A program made the position numbers and the translations under genes. A stretch of 64,000 nt of DNA from an uncultured Desulfosarcina sp. (GTDB lineage: Bacteria; Desulfobacterota; Desulfobacteria; Desulfobacterales; Desulfosarcinaceae): assembly GCA_963674945.2 (NCBI GenBank), contig CAXXWQ010000003.1, forward strand, positions 1,184,001-1,248,000. Reading direction: 5' to 3'. Of this stretch, positions 19,096 to 29,617 are shown piece after piece; within the stretch, counting starts at the first letter, position 1; every line of letters begins with the position of its first letter. The notes under the pieces are model-generated. The model searched no databases. It saw nothing but the letters and a program-made list of their open reading frames with translations, and was not told the origin of the DNA.

Positions 19096-22029
19096 ATGAA
19101 ACGCTGTATCTCACGTTGCTGTTACAAACTCGTGCTGGTTCCCTGGCTTGTGTTCGCCCTGCCATGTATCTCCTTTTCCCAGAGCCACACACCTGAATCC
19201 CTTACCGCCATGATCCGGCAGTTCAAACTCGATCCCAAAGGACCGTACAGCGCCATCGGCTGGTTCTGCCCGGACGGCACCATCCTTGCCGCCCAGCTGC
19301 GTTGCAACGGTCCGGGCGGACACCAGCATGCCGTCTTGAAACCGGCAGTAAAGCAATTGGCCGAAGCCGAAGGGCTCTATTGGGGACAGATACTTGCAGG
19401 GACACCCCATGGGGATTTCCTTGATGTCGAAAGACAATTCGACCGTCTCAAACAGTACCAGATGGAGCGGTATCTTCAACGGGTGGACGACGGATGGATA
19501 CTGCGCCAGGCCCGCTATTATCGCGGCGCCATCCAGTTCGAGGACGAATCCGCCTGGGGCGTCGAATTTTTCAAGGCGATCCTCGCAGACGATCACCTGG
19601 TGACGTCTCAGTTTTTTCTCATGCGTCAATGCGCCAGAGATATTCCCCATTTTGCCGATGACGGAAGGTGGAAGAAAATCCGTGCGGACGCCCAGGCCAT
19701 CGCAGAGGCCGAGCCCTCGTTCACCCCCCTTCGGATCAAGCTTCACGGTCAACCCGACCCCAAAGACACAAATTTGCTGGGACGTTTTCTGGCCGATCAT
19801 GACGACCTGCCTTCTCCTCTCAAAGATAAGATTCGGCAACTGATTCTCGATGTCGACGATGCCTTTGGCACCGGAAGGAATAAGGTGCTGGAAAGCTTCG
19901 CTCCACGACTTTCCAAGGAGAGCGAAAGCCTGCGGATGCTTGCCGATCTTATCAATATCATCGGCTCTTCGAAAACCGGTGAATCAAACGACAGCCGGAG
20001 AATGAGAAGAAAGGAACTGGCCGCACTCCTGGAACAACTCCGTGCGGATATCCTCATACAGGATTCTCCCGTCAAGCGATTGGCCATGTTTGACCTCTCC
20101 ACAACCGTGGAAACGGAATTGTTCATGGAGAGCGTCGCCTGGCATCCCGCCACCGTGAAGGAATTGCTTGAAAAAATCGCACTTCTGACAAAGGCTTGCA
20201 TGGGGGCCGGTTACCTGGAACAGTGGGAGTGGATGCAGGTGGCGCCGTTTCTCGCCGATCCGTCCGGAACCAATCCGATGGATCTGAAGCAGCTGACGGC
20301 CATCGGGGAGACCGCCCGCCGGATAACCGACTGGGGTGCGGCCATGGTGCGGGCCCACTACGCGGCCCTGACGAAGCGGTATCGGGAATTCGAGCCCAAG
20401 GCCGCCGGATTCATGGACGACCGGATCAGGGATTCGCTGCTTTTGCCCCTGGGTGATGCCGTCTCCCGTCTGCATGCATTGATTGCCACGTTGGGCGTCG
20501 GCTCCTCCCGAGTCATGGATCTGACCGACACCTCCGGGATTCGGGGGGTGAATCCGGGTGTCGCCACGGGCACCCTGGTAGTAATGGACAATGCCCTTCT
20601 GGATAGCGCCTGGTCTGCCAGGGATATCGTCGTGATGCGACATGCGCCGCCGGATCTCAAACCGGTGGCCGGTATCGCAACGGTCGGCGAAGGTAACATC
20701 GTCTCCCACGTTCAACTGCTGGCCCGCAACCTGGGCATTCCCAACGCCGTCATCGCCGAAGCCGACTTGGAGCGACTCCGTTCCCACGCCGGAAAAACGG
20801 TGTTTCTTGCCGTCTCTCCGGGGGGAACGGTGGTCATGAAGACGTCCGAAACCATGACTTCGGAGGAAAAATTCTTATTCGAAAGCCGCCGCCCATCCGA
20901 AGAGCGTATCCATGTGCCCATGGATCGAATCGATCTTGAACGGGTCATGCCGGTCCCCCTGGTGGAACTCACAGCATCGGATTCCGGACGTTGGTGCGGT
21001 CCCAAGGCCGCCAACCTGGGTCAACTCAAACACGATTTTCCCGACCATGTGGTCAACGGGTTCGTCATTCCCTTCGGCGTCTTTCGGCGGCATATGGATC
21101 AGACGATGCCGGAAACCGGCATCTCCTATTGGGACTTCTTGCAGCAGACCTTCGTGAACAATCCGGAGAAGAAGTTGGAATCGGCCGGTCGGGAATCCGA
21201 AATTCTGGCACGTCTCGGCTATCTTCGTCAGACAATGAATCGCATGCCCCTCATGCCGGATTTTGTGGAGGCCGTCCGATCCTGTTTCATCGATCTTTTG
21301 GGGGCGCCCATGGGACAGTTGCCGGTGTTCGTGCGTAGCGACACCAACATGGAGGACCTCAAGGACTTTACCGGTGCCGGGCTGAACCTGACCGTCTTCA
21401 ATGTCAGGGACGAAGACCGTATTTTTCAGGCCATCCGGGACGTGTGGGCATCGGCCTATTCCGAACGCAGCTTTCTCTGGCGACAGCGATTGTTGACCAA
21501 TCCGGAAGCCGTCTATCCATCCATCCTCATCATACCCTCCGTAAGGGTCGACAAATCCGGCGTGATCATCACCACCGGTCTCTCCGGCGGCTGCCCGGAC
21601 GATCTTACGGTGGCATTTTGCCGCGGTGCGGGAGGTGCCGTCGAGGGACAGATGGCCGAAACGTACCGGCTGTCACCGGGCGAACGGACGCTGCTGCTCT
21701 CTCCGGCCCGGGAAATCATGTACACCGTGCTGCCCGAAACCGGAGGCGTGGACAAGGCAATGACCGGTTTCGACAAGCCCGTTTTGAGCGAGACGGAACG
21801 GATTGCATTGCATGAGATGGCGCAAACCATCCGGCGGCGACTCGCCGAACCGCATGGCGGCGCAAACGGTCCCTGGGACATCGAGTTGGGTTTTCAGGAC
21901 GGTCGCATCTGGCTGTTTCAGGTCAGGCCGTTCGTGGCGAACAAACTGGCGAAATCAATGACCTATCTGGACAGCCTGGATCCACCCCTGCAGAACCGAA
22001 AAATCGCCATGGATATGGCCTTGCCATGA
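19096..22029 (+). CDS. exported PEP-utiliser/PPDK_N (dikinase-like) protein
   Basis: Signal-peptide-like N-terminus; phospho-His motif SHVQLLARNLGIPNA; ATP-grasp motifs GPKAANLGQL, VRSDTNMEDL..FTGAG, DIELG...LFQVRP. Confidence 0.85.
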   Translation: MKRCISRCCYKLVLVPWLVFALPCISFSQSHTPESLTAMIRQFKLDPKGPYSAIGWFCPDGTILAAQLRCNGPGGHQHAVLKPAVKQLAEAEGLYWGQILAGTPHGDFLDVERQFDRLKQYQMERYLQRVDDGWILRQARYYRGAIQFEDESAWGVEFFKAILADDHLVTSQFFLMRQCARDIPHFADDGRWKKIRADAQAIAEAEPSFTPLRIKLHGQPDPKDTNLLGRFLADHDDLPSPLKDKIRQLILDVDDAFGTGRNKVLESFAPRLSKESESLRMLADLINIIGSSKTGESNDSRRMRRKELAALLEQLRADILIQDSPVKRLAMFDLSTTVETELFMESVAWHPATVKELLEKIALLTKACMGAGYLEQWEWMQVAPFLADPSGTNPMDLKQLTAIGETARRITDWGAAMVRAHYAALTKRYREFEPKAAGFMDDRIRDSLLLPLGDAVSRLHALIATLGVGSSRVMDLTDTSGIRGVNPGVATGTLVVMDNALLDSAWSARDIVVMRHAPPDLKPVAGIATVGEGNIVSHVQLLARNLGIPNAVIAEADLERLRSHAGKTVFLAVSPGGTVVMKTSETMTSEEKFLFESRRPSEERIHVPMDRIDLERVMPVPLVELTASDSGRWCGPKAANLGQLKHDFPDHVVNGFVIPFGVFRRHMDQTMPETGISYWDFLQQTFVNNPEKKLESAGRESEILARLGYLRQTMNRMPLMPDFVEAVRSCFIDLLGAPMGQLPVFVRSDTNMEDLKDFTGAGLNLTVFNVRDEDRIFQAIRDVWASAYSERSFLWRQRLLTNPEAVYPSILIIPSVRVDKSGVIITTGLSGGCPDDLTVAFCRGAGGAVEGQMAETYRLSPGERTLLLSPAREIMYTVLPETGGVDKAMTGFDKPVLSETERIALHEMAQTIRRRLAEPHGGANGPWDIELGFQDGRIWLFQVRPFVANKLAKSMTYLDSLDPPLQNRKIAMDMALP

Positions 22030-22163
22030 TCCGTCCATGACCCGGATTCGTTGTATTCAAAGACCTGCTTTTGGATATCCGGCCCATGATCGGATATCCA
22101 GACCGCCTGCTTTGCGGGTGGTCGTTGACCGGACCGGTTGCCAACCTCGAAGGAGTAGATTCC

Positions 22164-23450
22164 ATGGTGCCTGCCTTTTCCATAAATCGATACTTTTGCA
22201 CATTTTGCATTCTCTTTGCCATTTTGGTCGTCGTGGGAAACAAATTCCCGGCACATGCCTACCCCATGGATGGTTACGAGACTACCGGAATTCGCCGACT
22301 GGTCTATCTGCAGCGGGTCCAGAGCGGTCAGATCAACGGTCCCGTAAGGCCCGCCGGCGCCTTGAAGGGCATGGCGGAGATCCGGTTGAATCTGACCGAC
22401 GCCCCAAACAACCTGCTCGATAGATTGCCTTCACCGGATGTCCAACTACAGGCCCGGCTGGAGGCCCTGTTTCCAAACCGGGACGAAAGTTATTCGGTGA
22501 TGGTGCTGGACATCACCCCGGGAAAGCCCTGGCGCCTGGCCGGCCGCCAGGCCGACCGCTCCTTTTCACCGGGAAGCGTCGGAAAACTGGCCATCGCCGC
22601 CGGCATCTTCACGGAACTGGCACGTATTTTTCCCGACGATCCTTCACGGCGTCAGGCCCTGTTAAAAGAGCGCCAGGTGGCCGGCGGCCCCTGGATCCAC
22701 ACCGACAGTCACCCGGTGCCCATCTTCGATCCGGATTCCAATCAACTGACATCGAGACCGGCCGAGGAGACGGATGTCTTCTCTTTATACGAGTGGATGG
22801 ACCACATGCTTTCGGCAAGCGCCAACGCGGCGGCCAGCGTGGTGTGGAAAGAGCTGTTGCTCATGCGTCAATTCGGGCAGAATTATCCGCCGACAATGGA
22901 ATTGGAACGCCGGTTTTTCGATCAAACGCCGAAAGGGTATCTGCGGGACACGGCCATGTCCACGGTCAATGACCCATTGCGGGCCATGGGCATCGACCAG
23001 GCCCAGTGGCAGCTGGGCAGCTTTTTTACCTCGGGAGGGAAAAAACGGGTGCCGTCCGGTGGAAAGAGCTATGCAACGCCCGAAGGGTTGATGCGCTATC
23101 TGGTAGCCATGGAACAGGGCCGGATCGTGGATCCTTGGTCCAGCCTGGAGATCAAACGTCTCATGTACATGACGGCCAAACGGATCCGCTACGCCTCCTC
23201 ACCGGCGCTGAACAATGCGGCGGTGTATTACAAGTCCGGCAGTCTGTACCGCTGCAAGCCCGAACCGAATTTCAAGTGCATGAAATATCATGGGAATGTG
23301 GAAAATGTGATGAATTCCGTGGCAATCGTGGAGCAGCCGGACGGTCGCGTCTACCTGGTGACCCTCATGTCCGACGTGAGATATAAAAACTCCGCCGTGG
23401 AGCACCAGAGCCTGGCCACATTTATCGATGGAATTCTCAAATCACCATAG
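22164..23450 (+). CDS. exported serine hydrolase (class A beta-lactamase/PBP fold)
   Basis: SD AAGGAG, signal ending AHA-YP; SVGK, SAN, KSG motifs. Confidence 0.82.
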   Translation: MVPAFSINRYFCTFCILFAILVVVGNKFPAHAYPMDGYETTGIRRLVYLQRVQSGQINGPVRPAGALKGMAEIRLNLTDAPNNLLDRLPSPDVQLQARLEALFPNRDESYSVMVLDITPGKPWRLAGRQADRSFSPGSVGKLAIAAGIFTELARIFPDDPSRRQALLKERQVAGGPWIHTDSHPVPIFDPDSNQLTSRPAEETDVFSLYEWMDHMLSASANAAASVVWKELLLMRQFGQNYPPTMELERRFFDQTPKGYLRDTAMSTVNDPLRAMGIDQAQWQLGSFFTSGGKKRVPSGGKSYATPEGLMRYLVAMEQGRIVDPWSSLEIKRLMYMTAKRIRYASSPALNNAAVYYKSGSLYRCKPEPNFKCMKYHGNVENVMNSVAIVEQPDGRVYLVTLMSDVRYKNSAVEHQSLATFIDGILKSP

Positions 23451-23458
23451 ATAGCGGC

Positions 23459-26287
23459 TTACGCAATGTAGCCGAATTTTCTCAGCAGCCGACCGGCGAC
23501 AATTCGAACCGGGGGATGGGCAACGGCCATCAGTTCGGCGACAAGACCGGCATACGCATCGGATTGGAGTCGTTCGATGAGGGAAAGGGCCGTAAGTTGA
23601 AGATCTGCATCGGACTCCGGAAGCATCTGGGAAAAGGCATCGAGTTGCGAAGGGACCTGACCACCGACCCGTAAAATGGTTTGTTCGATCAGAGGGTTCA
23701 CCAACGCCGTTTCCACGATGGGAATCAAGGTATGCTTCAGATCGGCTTCCAGGAGATTGTCCAGAAACTCCACGGCATTGGCGCGAAGGTCTGGCTGGTC
23801 GCTCACCACGCCGTTATAAGCCCGGGAAATATCCCCGATGGGATATTTTAATCCCAATAGTCTGAATATCCGATCCAGGTTGACATCCAGCCTCTTTTCG
23901 ATTTTTCGGGCCAGTTCAAGGCGCAGGTGGTGAAGTGCCGGATCAGACGCCGACGAGACGTTTGTCTGATGATACAATGCGGCCAGCATGTGGATATGGC
24001 ATCGAGCTTCTTGTAAAATCGCGTGAACCACTGCTTGATGGTCGAATCGAAGATCCCTGTTATGGATGCGCATATGATAGAGAACGCGGATGATTTCGTG
24101 CCGGATACATGGATCCGTTTGATTCAGATTGTCGAGCAGCACCGCCGCGGCGGCCTGGGAGTCGAATGATTCCAGGACGTCCGGGACCAGGCACCGAATC
24201 TCATGGTCCACCAGCGGATTGGCCAGACAGTTGGCCAGCAGCGGATAGATTTCGGGACCGAACTGCCGTAAGGCTTCGCCGCAATGGCCCTTCAGATCCG
24301 GTATCTTGATTGTTTCGAGGATCATCGGCACAAAGGATTCGTGGCGGGTCTCGCCTGCTGCTTTGACGGCCGCCTTGACGACATCGGAAGCCGTATCGTG
24401 CAAAAAAACGTGTAAATAGGGAAACAGCGAGGGAATGTTGGCGGCACCGATGGCGGCAACACAGATGCGCTTTTGTACCACTGTTTGATCGGGGTTCTTC
24501 TCCAGGCAAATCTGTTTGAGCAGGCCGCCGATGACATCATGGACCCGCAAGGATTCCCGTAATCGATGATTTCGCCGGCTCTCCCTGGCGGCGCAGATCA
24601 GGGCGCCGCCGCTGATGGCCATGTCAGGGCTCTTCATGAATTCCCCCAGCATGGTCTGCCGGTTCTTGCCTCCATGCCGGAAGAGGTAGTGCATGGCTTC
24701 GGTCAAAACAGCGATGTCGCTTTCGGCACCATTATCGGCGACCAATTGGCGGACCGCCGTTTGGATCCTTTGGTCATGGTACGAATAGCCGCATTTGAGC
24801 GCCTCCAATCGGACTTCGGCAGACGGATGGCCGACCAGACGGCAAAGGCTGGGCACCAGCCGTTTGTTATGGAAATTTCGGATCATCTTCAATGTCAGAA
24901 GGATCTGCTCGACATTGTCGCCGTCCAGGACCCGGATGATGTCGCCGACGATGGAGGCGTTGGGGAGAAGTGGCGGGGCTGCCGGTTCATCCGTTTCATT
25001 TTTCTCGGTCAGCGAGAAGAGAAACGCTTCGATATAAGCCTTTCTGATCTTCGTGATGAGAAAGCACCAGAGGCCGACCAGAACGATGGTTAAAATGGCG
25101 GCCGGTCTCACCGAAAGGCCGTACAGGGCGGATATGGCCAAAAGCAGAAGGCCGCCAATACCGGTGGCCGTGCTGTCCACGATGACATCGATGAAGGTCT
25201 TGGCCTGGTTTTTGATTTCCCTGGGGACCGGTAGCATGATCAGTTCCAGGGCGGCCTTGTTGACTGAATTTTTTAGGCTGCCGTCTCCCACCTTGATAAA
25301 GATCGCCGCCCACAAGGCTGGCTGAATGAGAATCAAAACAGCCCCGACGGCAATGGTCATGGGCAGGAAAAAGAGGGAGACACCCACACCGATCATTCCC
25401 ACCACGCGGCGGGTGACGAAGACCTGAATTACCAGGGAGAACAAGTTCAGGGTGGAGAGCCAGAAGCCGAAAAAGGCGGCCAACTGGTCGGCTTCTGGGA
25501 TCTGTGACGTGGCCACCACACTGAATTGGTACTCCACCAGTTTGGCCACGATCACGCTCAGCCCAATGATTCCGGCAAGAAGGCTCAGGTGACGGGAACG
25601 GGCGATGGCCACCAGAGGATGATGGGGTTCCTTGACGGCCTGCTCCTGTTGCCGGATGCGCTGAAGATGCTGGTCGTCGATGGTGTTTTGATAGAGGCGC
25701 TTTGCCAATAGAATGCAGGTGGACAGGCAGCCGGCGCCGACGAGGATCAAGTTTTCGCTTCCCACCCAATGGGCCAGCACATTGGTCAGATACCCGCCGA
25801 AAATTCCTCCTGCAATGGCACCGGCACCGACCACGCTGAACAGGCGGCGGGCTTCCCGGGGGTTGAAGATGGTGTTGGCCAGAATCCAGAACTGGGAAAC
25901 GATGATCAGTCCGGTGATGGCGGTCCAGATGTAGAGGATGAAAACCGTGTAGGACCTGAGGGAAATCGTCAGCAGCCCCGCCCACATGAGCGTCATGGCG
26001 AAAATGGAGGCCTGCAAGGTCCTTATGATCAGCCGGAAAAAATCGATGCGGTGCAACCATTTCGAATACAATGAGAGTGCCGCGGCGGCAAATACGGACA
26101 CGGCAATGAAGGCAAAGGGAAGACGCCCCGCCCCGAAAGTGGAGAGAAAAAGGGCGTTGGTCACCGGCTTGACGATCATCAAGGTGGTGATCACCAAAAA
26201 GATATAGGCGAACATGAGGGAGACCCGCAATCCCTCGCCCTGGCGGATATCCATGGACCTGCCGATCCAGTTTTTATCGATGCGCAT
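23459..26287 (-). CDS. Npt/TLC-family nucleotide (ATP/ADP) translocase fused to HEAT repeats
   Basis: N-terminal ~430-aa TM domain (KPVTNALFL, QFWILAN.IFNPREARRLF, AKTFID); C-terminal HEAT-like helices (VRLEAL, LRANAVEFLDN). Confidence 0.85.
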   Translation of the reverse strand: MRIDKNWIGRSMDIRQGEGLRVSLMFAYIFLVITTLMIVKPVTNALFLSTFGAGRLPFAFIAVSVFAAAALSLYSKWLHRIDFFRLIIRTLQASIFAMTLMWAGLLTISLRSYTVFILYIWTAITGLIIVSQFWILANTIFNPREARRLFSVVGAGAIAGGIFGGYLTNVLAHWVGSENLILVGAGCLSTCILLAKRLYQNTIDDQHLQRIRQQEQAVKEPHHPLVAIARSRHLSLLAGIIGLSVIVAKLVEYQFSVVATSQIPEADQLAAFFGFWLSTLNLFSLVIQVFVTRRVVGMIGVGVSLFFLPMTIAVGAVLILIQPALWAAIFIKVGDGSLKNSVNKAALELIMLPVPREIKNQAKTFIDVIVDSTATGIGGLLLLAISALYGLSVRPAAILTIVLVGLWCFLITKIRKAYIEAFLFSLTEKNETDEPAAPPLLPNASIVGDIIRVLDGDNVEQILLTLKMIRNFHNKRLVPSLCRLVGHPSAEVRLEALKCGYSYHDQRIQTAVRQLVADNGAESDIAVLTEAMHYLFRHGGKNRQTMLGEFMKSPDMAISGGALICAARESRRNHRLRESLRVHDVIGGLLKQICLEKNPDQTVVQKRICVAAIGAANIPSLFPYLHVFLHDTASDVVKAAVKAAGETRHESFVPMILETIKIPDLKGHCGEALRQFGPEIYPLLANCLANPLVDHEIRCLVPDVLESFDSQAAAAVLLDNLNQTDPCIRHEIIRVLYHMRIHNRDLRFDHQAVVHAILQEARCHIHMLAALYHQTNVSSASDPALHHLRLELARKIEKRLDVNLDRIFRLLGLKYPIGDISRAYNGVVSDQPDLRANAVEFLDNLLEADLKHTLIPIVETALVNPLIEQTILRVGGQVPSQLDAFSQMLPESDADLQLTALSLIERLQSDAYAGLVAELMAVAHPPVRIVAGRLLRKFGYIA

Positions 26288-26372
26288 GTGTCCGATTTTC
26301 CTGTCGCTGGTAAGGGTGGGGAATATTATCCGGCAAAGCAATTTCAGCGCACACACTGCTACCAGATGAAAT

Positions 26373-26642
26373 TCACAATGAATAACTCCGGTAATAATCC
26401 CCCCCGCCCTTGACCTTCAGATTGATGGCGACGGTGGACAGCGAAACACTGGTCAGCACGGAGATGAGGCTGGCGATGCCGATGATCACCAGCGCGCGGG
26501 CCAGGCCGGCACTGCCCACCACATATCCGGTTCGCAGGAAAAGGATGATTCCCAGGATGGTTAATATGCTCGGTGTGAAAACACCTGTAAAAGTACTCAG
26601 GGTGCCGGTGGTACTGTTACCATTCGTATTTTTTTCGTCCAT
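26373..26642 (-). pseudogene. APC/SLC12-type permease 5' remnant
   Basis: TFTGVFTPSILTILGIILFLR...KVKGGGDYY, then abrupt stop at 89 aa. Confidence 0.8.
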
Positions 26643-26704
26643 AACATCACCAGTTAAAAATCACGCTCTATTGTAAAATGAACCGTTGACTCCGTTGTTT
26701 AGAA

Positions 26705-28420
26705 TCATTCCGTGATTTTCTTTTTTTTCTCTTCCATGATTTCCTTGGTATCCAAGGCGCGGTCGAAATTATTGATTTGCTCATGGGTAAGCAGCAGATC
26801 TTTCATGCCGTAGATCTGCATCCGGCAAGATTGCGTGAACAACCGGTTTACCAAAAGAAGAGATGCGATTTCCATCTCCTGTACTTTTTCCTCGGCCACG
26901 GCGGCGAGGGTGTTTTGAATAAAACGTTTATCGGCCTCTTCGATATGCACGAAAACCGTCAACAGACTCCGGTACTGGCCTTCCTTATCCGTCATGGCCA
27001 GAATCCGGCCCATATTGTGGTAAAGTTCCACCAGGCGTTTGCGAAATAATTTATACTGGGTATTCAGATAAACATTGTCCGAACCGTCGAACTCATCCAT
27101 GTTATGCCTCACGCCTTTAAAATTTTTAATTGAATTCATCATGTTACGCGAGGCATAGATCAATCGCTCCATCTCCTTGGTTTCCGTTTCCGTTACCTTT
27201 TGGACCTGTACTTTCGAATAAAATGTAAAGATGGCGGCATGTAATAGTTTGATACTCTCATAGAGTTCTTCAAGTGTATATTTCTTCTTCCTATTGTTTT
27301 CAAACGGCAAGTCCGTGTCGAATATCAGTTTTTCATCTATTCGCAGCAATCGGAGATTGTAGAGCTGGCATTCCTGCAGCAGATGACCGATTTCTTTTCG
27401 CAGCGCGGCAATCGCCGCATCGGTGATTTCGGGAGGCGTCTGGTCAAGATATACGGTCAGAATGGTTTTGTGATCCGGATAGATCCGCGTGAGCAATCGG
27501 GAAAAGAAACTCAGAAAGGGAAAAAACAGCAGTACGCCCAGCATATTGAAAAGCGTGTGGAAGAGTGCCAGTCCCATCAGGCTGTCGGATTGAATGCCCA
27601 CGAACCACCCGATTATCCTTACAAAAACAGGAAGTCCGATAAAAGCAACCGCGCCGGTGGCGGTATTGAACACCAAATGGCTTAGGCTGACTCTTTTTTT
27701 TACGGGTACTCCGCCGATGGCTCCGAGCAAAACGGTTATGGTGGTACCGATGTTGGCTCCAATGACCATAACCGCGCCGATTTCGAAGGTTATCAGCCCA
27801 CTGTGTAGCGCAGTCAATACAATGGCGATGGTGGCGGCACTGGCCTGCATCAAAGCAGTAAAAAAAGTGCCGGCCAACAGGTAAAACCAGAGCCCGTAGT
27901 CGGGCAATTGATCCAGGCTGAAGGTTTTTGCAAAGGTCTCCACGCTGCCTTTCATGAAATCCAAACCCAGAAATAGAAAACCGAAACCGATGAACAACCT
28001 CGTAACGAGAAACGGTTTGGAAGAGGGTCTGAAAAGAATCAGGCCGACGGCCCCCAATCCGATAAACGGCAGCGCCATGCTCTCGATTTTAATCTTGAAG
28101 CCAATGGTGGCGATTATCCAGGCGGTCAGGGTCGTGCCGATGTTGGAACCCATGATCACGCCGATGGCGTTTTCCATGTTCATGACGCCGGCTCCCACAA
28201 ACGCGAGTACCATGAGCGAAACCGCCGAACTGCTTTGTAGCAGCGCGGTGACAAGGGTTCCGCTGCCGATGGCCCGCAGTCTGCCGTCCGTGTAGGTCCG
28301 GATGATGCGCCTGAAAGCCCTGCCGGATAATAATTTGACCGACTCCTCGATTAAAAACATGCCGAACAGAAATATACCGAGTCCGGCCAGCATTTTCCAA
28401 AAATCGAAATCAGCCGTCAT
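26705..28420 (-). CDS. Na+/Pi cotransporter family protein
   Basis: Duplicated QSSSA/QASAA and G(S/A)NIGTT repeats; helical C-domain. Confidence 0.92.
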   Translation of the reverse strand: MTADFDFWKMLAGLGIFLFGMFLIEESVKLLSGRAFRRIIRTYTDGRLRAIGSGTLVTALLQSSSAVSLMVLAFVGAGVMNMENAIGVIMGSNIGTTLTAWIIATIGFKIKIESMALPFIGLGAVGLILFRPSSKPFLVTRLFIGFGFLFLGLDFMKGSVETFAKTFSLDQLPDYGLWFYLLAGTFFTALMQASAATIAIVLTALHSGLITFEIGAVMVIGANIGTTITVLLGAIGGVPVKKRVSLSHLVFNTATGAVAFIGLPVFVRIIGWFVGIQSDSLMGLALFHTLFNMLGVLLFFPFLSFFSRLLTRIYPDHKTILTVYLDQTPPEITDAAIAALRKEIGHLLQECQLYNLRLLRIDEKLIFDTDLPFENNRKKKYTLEELYESIKLLHAAIFTFYSKVQVQKVTETETKEMERLIYASRNMMNSIKNFKGVRHNMDEFDGSDNVYLNTQYKLFRKRLVELYHNMGRILAMTDKEGQYRSLLTVFVHIEEADKRFIQNTLAAVAEEKVQEMEIASLLLVNRLFTQSCRMQIYGMKDLLLTHEQINNFDRALDTKEIMEEKKKKITE

Positions 28421-28476
28421 ATTGGTACCTGCCGATCCGGTTTACATCGATTCTCATACGTCCGATTTTCCTGCCG

Positions 28477-29589
28477 CTATGGGGCGGTGGGTACAGATGA
28501 TACCGGGGAACCTGGCCCCGGCCGGCTTTGCATGAGAGCGGGCGCGGTTTCGAGCGCTTTACCCGATCCTGATTTGGGTCTGCCCGTTCGTTCCATCAGG
28601 CTGTCAATGACATCGATCAGCTGTTTCATGATTTCCTCCCCCTGGGGATCTTCGATCAGGGCCACGGCGATGTATCGTCGCCAGACCGGCCCCCATATCA
28701 ACACCGAGTCGCTGTGCCATATCTTCCAAGTACCGGATTTTCTGAACAGCGCCGCTCCCGGCACGCGTTTTTCCAACGCGCCGACGAATTTGTGATGCAA
28801 TTTGGGATCGGCCAGCATTTCCAACATCTGTCCACTCCGCTCGTGACTCACCAGCTTTCCCATGGCAAGCAGATAATAGAACCGGCAAACCTGAGTGGCG
28901 GTGGCAGCATGGGAGAGCCCTTGCATCGCTTCGGGATGGCGTTCACCCGTAGCCGCATACCGTTTTCCCACCCACAATCCACCGCCCCGTTCCGGGTTGT
29001 AGAGCCGGTATTTGGGCGATTTCAATACCTTTTCAATGTAATCGAATTCCAGGCGATCGATCATGCGGGTCGCCGCCTGATTGTCCGATTTGCTGATCAT
29101 TTGTTGCATATCGTTCAGGACCTCGGGCGTCTCCTGTATATGGCCATCTTCCAACGCATGGGCAGATGCCAGGAGTACGGCGATTTTTGGAAGGCTGGCC
29201 GCATACATCATCACCCTGCCATTGATTCGCGCGAAACGCACATTTTCCGGATCACTGATATCGACGACGCCGATGGCCATTTTCTTTTCACGAATCAGCC
29301 TTCGCCATTTGGGATCGGCTTCGACCGTTTTTTTCAGGTCGGATTCCATCCGCTTATCGACGAGGTTGTACAGGGAAATGACTTCCTTTCCACGGCGGTC
29401 ATAGGGCAAGGGGACCTTGTTTGCACAATAACCGGGGGAAACCTTCGCAACAATCACAAAAAGGACGATAAAGGTGGTCTTGATGGCTGCGTTCAATGCA
29501 ATACCGGATGACACGAATTCTTCTCTTTTCGTAATGAGACCGAAATAAAAGCATCTCGTATGAAACGTGATCATGGACTTCGTTTCCAT
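28477..29589 (-). CDS. serine hydrolase (class A beta-lactamase/PBP fold)
   Basis: YAASLPK, SDN, RKSG motifs; hydrophobic N-terminal segment; start uncertain. Confidence 0.85.
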   Translation of the reverse strand: METKSMITFHTRCFYFGLITKREEFVSSGIALNAAIKTTFIVLFVIVAKVSPGYCANKVPLPYDRRGKEVISLYNLVDKRMESDLKKTVEADPKWRRLIREKKMAIGVVDISDPENVRFARINGRVMMYAASLPKIAVLLASAHALEDGHIQETPEVLNDMQQMISKSDNQAATRMIDRLEFDYIEKVLKSPKYRLYNPERGGGLWVGKRYAATGERHPEAMQGLSHAATATQVCRFYYLLAMGKLVSHERSGQMLEMLADPKLHHKFVGALEKRVPGAALFRKSGTWKIWHSDSVLIWGPVWRRYIAVALIEDPQGEEIMKQLIDVIDSLMERTGRPKSGSGKALETAPALMQSRPGPGSPVSSVPTAP

Positions 29590-29617
29590 TTTTCATGAAT
29601 CGTCATGTGTTTTGGTA

